Origin: Capsulimonadales bacterium
GTDB taxonomy: Bacteria > Armatimonadota > Armatimonadia > Armatimonadales > Armatimonadaceae
Assembly (NCBI GenBank): GCA_033762295.1
Contig: JANRLW010000040.1
Span: 1 to 49,855, forward strand
DNA: 49,855 bases
Direction: 5' to 3'
Shown here piece after piece: positions 37,155-44,491 of this stretch; position 1 is the stretch's first letter; the number at the start of each line of letters is the position of its first letter. The position numbers and the translations under genes are program-made. The notes below the pieces were generated by a model. The model was not told the DNA's origin and ran no database searches. It saw only the letters and a list, made by a program, of their open reading frames with translations.

Positions 37155-37886
37155 ATGTTTTCTTTTTCCTGCGCAATCTCGCCGTCCGTCCGACGCTCCG
37201 ACACTATTAAGCGTGTAGTCGTTCGAAATGCTGTCCAGGCAGTCGCCGCACTTTCGATAGGAATCTTTTCTGTGCTTTCTCCTGCTAACGCACAAAACCT
37301 CATTACGAACGGTGATTTTGAAGGTGGCAACTTCGCGTTTGATTCGGATTACCTGTTTGTACCGTCTCCTAACACAAGCATTACCCCGGGCACGTTTGCA
37401 ATTCGGACAAATCCTCGGTCATTCAATCCTCTGCTCGCTTCCTTTGGCGACCATACAACAGGCTCAGGCAACATGATGCTCGTGGACGGGGGAGGAAGTA
37501 ACCGGACTATTTGGAGCGCAACTATAAATGTTGTTCCCAACGAAGACTATAGCCTAACCGCCTTCGCGGCAACAACCGCAAGTACAAATTTTCCGTTACT
37601 ACGCTTCCTTATCAACAATGTGCAAGTAGGTACGGATCTATCTTTGTCCTCTGCTGTTGGAACATGGCAACAATTTTCCGCGATTTGGAATGCCGGTTTT
37701 AACAATACTGCCACCATCCGAATTGTTGATACTAACGCTAATCCGTCTATACCGGGCGACGATTCAGCCATAGATGATTTGTCATTTGTCGGCCCAGCCG
37801 TTTCTGTTGCGCCGGAGCCGGGGACGTTTGCGCTTCTTAGCCTTGTCGGTCTGCCGCTTGTGGCAGGTCTTGCGCGTCGGAAGTAA
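37155..37886 (+). CDS. PEP-CTERM sorted exported protein with a beta-sandwich (CBM-like) domain
   Basis: RBS AAGGAG; signal peptide (ANA-Q); NLITNGDFE...IDDLSF; APEPGTFALLSLVGLPLVAGLARRK. Confidence 0.92.
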   Translation: MFSFSCAISPSVRRSDTIKRVVVRNAVQAVAALSIGIFSVLSPANAQNLITNGDFEGGNFAFDSDYLFVPSPNTSITPGTFAIRTNPRSFNPLLASFGDHTTGSGNMMLVDGGGSNRTIWSATINVVPNEDYSLTAFAATTASTNFPLLRFLINNVQVGTDLSLSSAVGTWQQFSAIWNAGFNNTATIRIVDTNANPSIPGDDSAIDDLSFVGPAVSVAPEPGTFALLSLVGLPLVAGLARRK

Positions 37887-37949
37887 GGTGTTGCTGAAGG
37901 ATTCGTCGGTGAGGATCGCTGTGCCGTTCGCGGTCTTCGGGAAAGCGGA

Positions 37950-40415
37950 TCAGAAGGTGGCGTTTTCTTCGATGGGTGGGAGCGGGGTGCCCATCCGCTG
38001 GCGCAGTCGGGTCGCTTCCTCGTGGTGCGAGATGGCGGACGGGTCGCCGAGGTGTGTCAGCAGGGCGGCGAGGGCCTCGTGCGTCCGGGCGACGCCGAGC
38101 GGGTAGCGGCAGGCTTCCCAGAGGGAGAGGGCTTCCCGGAGGTGGGCGCGGGCGGCGTCCGTTTTACCCAGGCGGGTGAGGATACGCCCCTGCGCGTAAC
38201 GGCAGACCGCCACCCGGCGGCGCGACCCGGACGCCCGGCAGACCGGCTCCGCCTCGTCCGCCAGCCCCTGCGCCACCCGGGACCGGCCCCGGTGCAGCGT
38301 GTTGAGCGCCAGCCGCGCCAGGAACAGCCCGGTCCAGCCCTTGTGCCCGCGTTCCCGCCACTCGGCCAGCCCCTCCCGGTAGAGCGCCTCCGCCCGGTCG
38401 GGGTCGCCCTGCCCCTGCGCGATGTCCCCCAGATGCCCCAGCACCGCCGCCCGCGTGTTGAGTTCCCCGACCGCCGCCAACCGCAGAGCTTCCTCGGTCA
38501 GCCGGTGTTCCGCCTCCGCATAGTGTCCCTGTTCGGCCTGCAACAGCGCGAGGATTCGCAGACTCGAAGAGATCGCCCCCGGATCACCGTACTGTCGGGC
38601 TGCGGCCAGGCATTGGTTGGCATAGCGGCGGGCCGCCCCGTAGTCGCCGAGGCAGTGGTGCAGGGTGGCTAATTGCCGACCAACGTGTATCCGGTCGATG
38701 AGTTCCCCTACCGCAGGGAGTTCGCCTTCGGAAATACTCTGCATCTCCTGGTACAGGCGAATGGCTTCGTCGGTGCGGCCCACATACAGCAGGTTCTCCG
38801 CCCACCCCTGTAGGGCTCCCCGGACCCCCCGGTGCGGAATCTGTCGATAGAGATCAACGGCCTGAGAATAGAGTGACGGGACCCGCTCATGTTCCTCCGC
38901 GTGATGCGCCTCGAGCCCCAGCCGGGCGAAGATGCTGGCGAGGTACTCTGTCTCGCTTCTGGTCTGCTCCGGCATCTGTTTGTAAAAGGCCGCGGCCTGG
39001 TACAGGTACTGTATCCGCTCCTCGTAGGGGAGCGCGCGGAAGTGATGGTACGCCAGCAGGTGGGCGCGCGCCCGCCACTCGAGGGGCAGCGGCCGGGCGA
39101 GCGCCCGCTCGATGAACGGTGTCGTGTCCGCGACGAGGTTCAGGCGGTCGGCCAGGGCATGGTCCGCCACGATGACGAGATGGACTACCTTTTCCGCCTC
39201 GGCCACCAGTTCCAGGGCTTGCTCTATCGCCTGGAGGATGTTGGGCCAATCGGGGAGCAGAAGTTTGGGGTTTTCGCCGGACTCGAACGCGCCCCAGAGG
39301 TGGTCGAGCCAGTAGTCGCGGTGGCGGCGGATCAGCGTCTTCCGCTCCGACGCCTCCAATCGGGCAAGCGCAGAGCGGCGCAGGGCATGGAGCATCCGGT
39401 ACCGCCCGTTGCCCTCGGATACCAGCAGGCGTTCCCGGCGTAGCTCCTCCAGCAGGTTCGCGGCATCCTTGACCTGGCAGACCCCGGTCACCAGCGCAGG
39501 CGTGAACGAGTGCTCGAAGAACGAAAGCTGGATATAGAGCCGTTGCCGGGAAGGGTTCATCCGGGAAATCGTCTCCTCGAGGACTTGGGTAAGGGACGGG
39601 CGCAGCCGCTCCGCCTGAGCCGCTTCGTCCTCTGCTTCCTCCCCTGTATCATCCTTTCGTTCAGCCTGCCAGCCCTGCCAGCGCTCCCGTAGCAACGGGA
39701 ACAGCCGCTCTTCCTCATCCACATCTCCCACCGAGGGCGGCAGAGAGGCAGTTGGCATCCCGGCGGCACGGTGGAGTTCCAGCGCCCGCCGCCGCAGGGC
39801 CGGGTCGTCGCCGGAGCGGGCAAGCACCTCCCCCAGCAGGTCCAGCGCTGCCGCCCCTGCGCCTTCCACGACCAGAATCTCGGAGAGTTCGGTCACCGCA
39901 TCGGCATAGGTGCGGAGATGGCGTTCCCGCAGCGGTTTCAGAAAGGCCGCCTCGATTCCCGGCAACAGCGGCGACCAGAGGGTAATCGCCTCCTGCAGCA
40001 GAGCCTTGCGGCTATCCAGATCGTCGGTTCTGCGTGCTTGCCGGAGCCGACTTTGGAACACTGCCACATCGGCGGTAAACGCTTCGGGCATAAAACCGAC
40101 CGTTTCGCGCTCCACGGTCAGTAGCGGGGGGGCATCGGCGGGGGCAATGGCTTCCAGCCGTTTTCGGAGGTCGCTGACCTCCATGGTCAGGCTTTTTCGG
40201 GCGGCGGCGGGCTCGGCTTCGCGCCAGAGGCGGGCAGCCAGCAGGTGCCGCTCCTGCGGGCCGGGATGGAGGGCCAGATAGGCGACCAGTGCCACGCCTT
40301 TTTTGGTGCGAAAGGCCGTGACCGCAGGCAGGGGGCCGTCCGTTTTGGGTTCTTGCCGGATAGGGGCTTCCAGCGTGAGCGACTGCATCAGCCGCACCCG
40401 CCAGAGAGGAGTCAC
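37950..40415 (-). CDS. AfsR/SARP family transcriptional activator (wHTH + BTAD + TPR, no NB-ARC P-loop)
   Basis: WRVRLMQSL...FRTKKGVALVAYLALHPGPQERHLLAARLW...ARKSLTMEVSDLRKRL, DVAVF...AITLWSPLLPG, YRMLHALR, C-terminal TPRs. The GTG start at 40415 is inferred. Confidence 0.85.
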   Translation of the reverse strand: MTPLWRVRLMQSLTLEAPIRQEPKTDGPLPAVTAFRTKKGVALVAYLALHPGPQERHLLAARLWREAEPAAARKSLTMEVSDLRKRLEAIAPADAPPLLTVERETVGFMPEAFTADVAVFQSRLRQARRTDDLDSRKALLQEAITLWSPLLPGIEAAFLKPLRERHLRTYADAVTELSEILVVEGAGAAALDLLGEVLARSGDDPALRRRALELHRAAGMPTASLPPSVGDVDEEERLFPLLRERWQGWQAERKDDTGEEAEDEAAQAERLRPSLTQVLEETISRMNPSRQRLYIQLSFFEHSFTPALVTGVCQVKDAANLLEELRRERLLVSEGNGRYRMLHALRRSALARLEASERKTLIRRHRDYWLDHLWGAFESGENPKLLLPDWPNILQAIEQALELVAEAEKVVHLVIVADHALADRLNLVADTTPFIERALARPLPLEWRARAHLLAYHHFRALPYEERIQYLYQAAAFYKQMPEQTRSETEYLASIFARLGLEAHHAEEHERVPSLYSQAVDLYRQIPHRGVRGALQGWAENLLYVGRTDEAIRLYQEMQSISEGELPAVGELIDRIHVGRQLATLHHCLGDYGAARRYANQCLAAARQYGDPGAISSSLRILALLQAEQGHYAEAEHRLTEEALRLAAVGELNTRAAVLGHLGDIAQGQGDPDRAEALYREGLAEWRERGHKGWTGLFLARLALNTLHRGRSRVAQGLADEAEPVCRASGSRRRVAVCRYAQGRILTRLGKTDAARAHLREALSLWEACRYPLGVARTHEALAALLTHLGDPSAISHHEEATRLRQRMGTPLPPIEENATF

Positions 40416-40492
40416 GGAAAGCGCAAACGGGTCCTTCACCAATTCCCGGATTCGCCACAACCCGACCGGCTTCCTTTTTCTCAAATCCCAAA

Positions 40493-40527
40493 ATTGGCAG
40501 GTTTTGTGGCAGTCCAATCTTTACAAT
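40493..40527 (+). promoter_or_regulatory. SARP-type promoter 2 (divergent from the regulator)
   Basis: Degenerate ATTGGCAGG at 40493, TGTGGCAGT at 40505, 8-bp gap, TACAAT at 40522. Confidence 0.7.
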
Positions 40528-40612
40528 GAGCGCAGTTTCGTCAGGTTCGATTAACGACGAAGGTCATGAGCCTTCTCTGACACATTAATTAACTGCTCCT
40601 GAAAGGAGTTCT

Positions 40613-40755
40613 ATGCCACGCGCTCTTTGTTTTGCCGGAATCAACCTCTGCCCCGGCTTCCACTGCGGGTCTTGGTGGTCCGGTTACTGCTGGGGCTCTT
40701 CGGGGTGTTCGTGGCACTCCCGGCCCGGGCTCAGCTTGCGCTGACCTTTACTAGC
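40613..40755 (+). pseudogene. Frameshifted stub of an exported protein (signal peptide plus first residues)
   Basis: Strong RBS GAAAGGAG and ATG 40613 are out of frame with a clear signal peptide RVLVVRLLLGLFGVFVALPARA-QLALTF, which then runs into promoter 3. Confidence 0.55.
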
Positions 40756-40805
40756 GAACCTGAAATGCCCGAGAAATTTTCAAAACCCGCAAAACAAACG
40801 GGTTT

Positions 40806-40839
40806 TGTGGCAGTCTTGTGGCAGTTGGACGTTTACAAT
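40806..40839 (+). promoter_or_regulatory. SARP-type promoter 3
   Basis: TGTGGCAGT at 40806 and 40817 (11-bp period), 8-bp gap, TACAAT at 40834. Confidence 0.75.
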
Positions 40840-40894
40840 GGAGCCAGCAATTTTTCGGCTCAAACCCACGCCACGAGCGGAGGAGGTTTCAGAA

Positions 40895-43800
40895 GTGCAT
40901 CACCGTTATTTGAACCAGGCACGCAAGCACCTAGCTTTTCAGCACGGATCCGTTTTAGGATGTCGTCTTAAAGCCATCATTGCAATTTTGCTGATGTGTT
41001 TCTGCTTGCAGGTAGCCGCTTTCGCACAGATCACCATTGTCAGTAACACCACCGTCAACGCCGGGGACATGTCTCTGGAAAACCAGGATGTTATCGTCAG
41101 AGGTGCGACCCTGACCGTGAACGGCCCCCATACGTTCAATAGCCTCCGGATTACGAGCAACGGAGCGGTAACCCATTCCCCCAAAGGAGACCCGAATTTT
41201 GTCAATGGGCTTGAGTTAACGGTGATTGGCGACATGACGGTTGATCTGGGATCTAAGGTTGATGTCACCGGGCGTGGTTTCGGACCGGGGCAGGGACCGG
41301 GCCGTGGTTACAACAATCCTTTCGACGGCGGTGGTGGTGCGGCCTATGGTGGTGAAGGAACTGTTTATAACGGGACTAGTGGATCGATTTATGGTGATAT
41401 CCGTACGCTGATCGACCAGGGAAACGGAGAGAACTTGGGGAGTGGTGGAGGTTATGGGTATGCGGGTAGTAATCCGGGAAGCAGTGGTGGTGGTGCTGTT
41501 CGCCTGACGGTCGGGGGGACGCTCACCCTAAACGGAATCTTTCTGGCTAACGGAATGAATAGTCCTGCCCATGGTGGGGCAGGTTCAGGAGGAAGCATTT
41601 TTGTTACGACACAGGTGCTCACCGGTGGCGGAATCATGAATGCCAATGGGGGGTACGGCAACAACCGGGGTGGTGGTGGGGGCGGCGGACGAATTGCCGT
41701 TCACTTTGGGTCAAACACAGCCTTTTTCGGAACCATTCAAGCATTGGGAAATCGCTCGAACGATTGGGGTACACGTGCCGGAGCGGGAACCGTTTTTGTA
41801 AAGCAACTGGGCGAAGAGGAAGGGGATCTTTGGATCGACAACGCCGGAAACGGCGGTTGGGGGACGGTCCTGGTAAAGGAGGAAACCTTCCGTAACGTAC
41901 TAATCCACTCCCAGGGTTCCTTAAACCCTCCCTACGGTCAGGTTTTACGGCTCAATGTTCTTAATGACCTTACAATCTATGCCACCGGTCGAATCAGCGC
42001 CGACGGCCGGGGACATCGCTCCTCCTCAGGTCCGGGTAGGGGCTATGATAATGCCAGCGATGGGGGTGGTGGAGCCGCTTACGGAGGGGAAGGCACTGTC
42101 TATCAAGGCGGTAGCGGACAGCCAAATGGAAATCTCCGTGACCCCAATGAAACGGAGGATGGCACCCATCTGGGCAGCGGTGGAGGTTATGGATATGGCG
42201 GTAACAACCCCGGAAGCAGCGGCGGTGGAGCTCTCCGGATTACGGTTGGTGGAACCCTCACCGTAGATGGCAACATATCCGCCAACGGTGACCGTAGCCC
42301 CGCTCATGGTGGCGCAGGCTCCGGAGGGAGTATCTACTTGCGCGTCAAAAGGCTGAAAGGCATTGGTATTGTCCGTGCCAATGGTGGTTACGGCAACAAT
42401 CGCGGCGGTGGTGGTGGTGGTGGGCGGATCGCCATTTATTACGATAGTCGGGATACCGACGTAAAACTCCAGGCATTCGGTGACCGCTCTAACGATTGGG
42501 GTACATTTGCCGGTGCTGGTACGATCTTCCTGCAACAAAATCAACAAACCAACGGCGATTTGCATATCAATAACAACGGTAACGGAGGTTTGCGAACCTA
42601 TTTCTTCTCCCCGGAAACGTTTGATAACGTTTACGTCACAGGGCAAGGGGTTCTCTCGCCTGCATACCTCACTCAACTGGATTTCACTGTCATCGGCAAC
42701 TTTACCGTCAGTGAAGCATTTGTTTCAGCAGGAGGACTAGGATATGGTGCCGGTGCGGGACCCGGTAAGGGGTACAACGGGGCAGGTGATGGCGGCCAAG
42801 GTGGCGGATACGGAGGACGTGGAGCCGACCTGAACGGTAATCTTGGCCCTGCAACCTATGGTAGCAAGGAACTTCCAACCGATTTCGGCAGTGGGGGCGG
42901 TTGGGGGTATGGCAACCCAAACAGTTACCGGGGCGGAGTAGGTGGCGGTGCGCTTTACATAAAGGTGAACGGCACCCTTGAAAATAATGGGACGATTGAT
43001 GCCAATGGGTCGTCCGGTGGTGCCCATGGCGGCGGTGGATCGGGAGGTAGCGTACTGTTGCGGGTGGGCCAACTGTCCGGGAATGGTTATATACGGGCGA
43101 TCGGAGGTTATGGTAACAATCGAGGCGGTGGCGGTGGTGGCGGACGGATCGCACTCTATTACACTACGAAAGCCGCCTATACCGGAACGCTAGAAGCCGC
43201 TGGCAACCGATGTAACGACACCGGCCGATTCGCTGAGAACGGGACGATTTATCAGGAGCAAGCAGGAAGTAGCCTCGTTCCCACATTGACGCTTTCAACA
43301 CAGGTTCTTGCCGGGGGGCTCAGCGTTGCCGGGACCGTAGCGATCTCCGGTCCTGCCCCGGAAGGGGGACTATCCGTCGCCCTCCAAAACTCCGATCCTG
43401 CTGCCATTACGGCACCGCCATCCGTGCTGATTCCGGAGGGAGAAACATCGGTAACCTTTACGATTTCGGCTAACTCCGTTTCCGCCGATCGAATGGTTAC
43501 GTTAGGGGCACGACTCTGGGACGGACTTTCCAAAGTCGATATCACGGTAAAGCCATGGCTTACCTCCCTCACCATGAGTCCCTCAAGCGTCAATGGCGGG
43601 CAGAATACCACTGGCCTTCTGAGACTGAACGTACCCGCACCGGCCGGTGGGCTGACGGTCAGTCTGAACTCCTCCGATCCTGCGGTCGTTGTTCCCGCGA
43701 CGGTGACCGTTCCGGGCGGAGCGACCGGCAGAACGTTCGATATTTCGACGACCGCGGTAACGGCAACAAAACGGGTCGTCATTACCCTGACTTATCTCGG

Positions 43801-44407
43801 CGAATCACGCACCGGTCAGATCATCGTCAACCCGGGCAATCTCACCGTGCAGTCGTTGACCTTCGCTCCGGCGTCCGTCCTCGGCGGACAACGGGCGACG
43901 GGAATCATCTCCCTGTCCGGAAAAGCCCCGACGGGTGGCGTGACCATCGCTCTCCATTCGGGTGATTCGGCCACCGTCCCCGTTCCCGCGACGGTCACCA
44001 TACCGGCCGGTCGAAGCAGCGCTTCCTTCGCCTCGGTGACCGCTAAGGTAACCACCGACAAGGCGGTTCCGGTCACGGCGGCGCTCGGATCGAGCAACGT
44101 GGTCCGCGTCCTGACCGTCGGCGTTCCCAAGATCGCGTCGCTCGAACTGGTGCCGAGCACGGTCTTTGGTGGTGAGACCGCGATCGGAGTCGTCACTCTG
44201 AACAGTCCGACCCCCGTTCCGGTCACCGTCACGATCTCCAGCGACGATAACGCGGCGTTCCCGGAAATGACCCTGATTATCCCTGCCGGTCAACAGGTCG
44301 GCGCATTCTTCATCGATACGAACACGGTAACCGCGACCACGACAGCCACCATAACCGTCGCTGCCAACGGTTCCGCCAAATCGAAGATGCTCACGATCAC
44401 CCCGTAG
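40895..44407 (+). CDS. Large exported protein: three glycine-rich repeats plus about four Ig-like beta-sandwich repeats
   Basis: RBS GGAGG before GTG 40895; signal peptide (AFA-Q); three units containing GGYGNNRGGGGGGGRIA; C-terminal PAPxGGLxVxL repeats. Confidence 0.85.
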   Translation: MHHRYLNQARKHLAFQHGSVLGCRLKAIIAILLMCFCLQVAAFAQITIVSNTTVNAGDMSLENQDVIVRGATLTVNGPHTFNSLRITSNGAVTHSPKGDPNFVNGLELTVIGDMTVDLGSKVDVTGRGFGPGQGPGRGYNNPFDGGGGAAYGGEGTVYNGTSGSIYGDIRTLIDQGNGENLGSGGGYGYAGSNPGSSGGGAVRLTVGGTLTLNGIFLANGMNSPAHGGAGSGGSIFVTTQVLTGGGIMNANGGYGNNRGGGGGGGRIAVHFGSNTAFFGTIQALGNRSNDWGTRAGAGTVFVKQLGEEEGDLWIDNAGNGGWGTVLVKEETFRNVLIHSQGSLNPPYGQVLRLNVLNDLTIYATGRISADGRGHRSSSGPGRGYDNASDGGGGAAYGGEGTVYQGGSGQPNGNLRDPNETEDGTHLGSGGGYGYGGNNPGSSGGGALRITVGGTLTVDGNISANGDRSPAHGGAGSGGSIYLRVKRLKGIGIVRANGGYGNNRGGGGGGGRIAIYYDSRDTDVKLQAFGDRSNDWGTFAGAGTIFLQQNQQTNGDLHINNNGNGGLRTYFFSPETFDNVYVTGQGVLSPAYLTQLDFTVIGNFTVSEAFVSAGGLGYGAGAGPGKGYNGAGDGGQGGGYGGRGADLNGNLGPATYGSKELPTDFGSGGGWGYGNPNSYRGGVGGGALYIKVNGTLENNGTIDANGSSGGAHGGGGSGGSVLLRVGQLSGNGYIRAIGGYGNNRGGGGGGGRIALYYTTKAAYTGTLEAAGNRCNDTGRFAENGTIYQEQAGSSLVPTLTLSTQVLAGGLSVAGTVAISGPAPEGGLSVALQNSDPAAITAPPSVLIPEGETSVTFTISANSVSADRMVTLGARLWDGLSKVDITVKPWLTSLTMSPSSVNGGQNTTGLLRLNVPAPAGGLTVSLNSSDPAVVVPATVTVPGGATGRTFDISTTAVTATKRVVITLTYLGESRTGQIIVNPGNLTVQSLTFAPASVLGGQRATGIISLSGKAPTGGVTIALHSGDSATVPVPATVTIPAGRSSASFASVTAKVTTDKAVPVTAALGSSNVVRVLTVGVPKIASLELVPSTVFGGETAIGVVTLNSPTPVPVTVTISSDDNAAFPEMTLIIPAGQQVGAFFIDTNTVTATTTATITVAANGSAKSKMLTITP

Positions 44408-44491
44408 ACCAATCAGGAAGACCAACGGAACCAAAACCATGAACCGATGGAGTGATCGAGGAGTCACAACACGCCGGAAAGGGGGCGTTCG

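Noticed and set aside
36983..37218. Short ORFs starting in promoter 1, and the 40805/40838 starts for the large gene
   Set aside because: The starts fall within the operator repeats or the -10 box and lack an RBS; better starts with RBSs lie downstream.
37858..37872. TGTGGCAGGTCTTG inside the PEP-CTERM coding tail, resembling the SARP box
   Set aside because: Single copy, explained by the codons for LVAGL, and no TACAAT 8 bp downstream.
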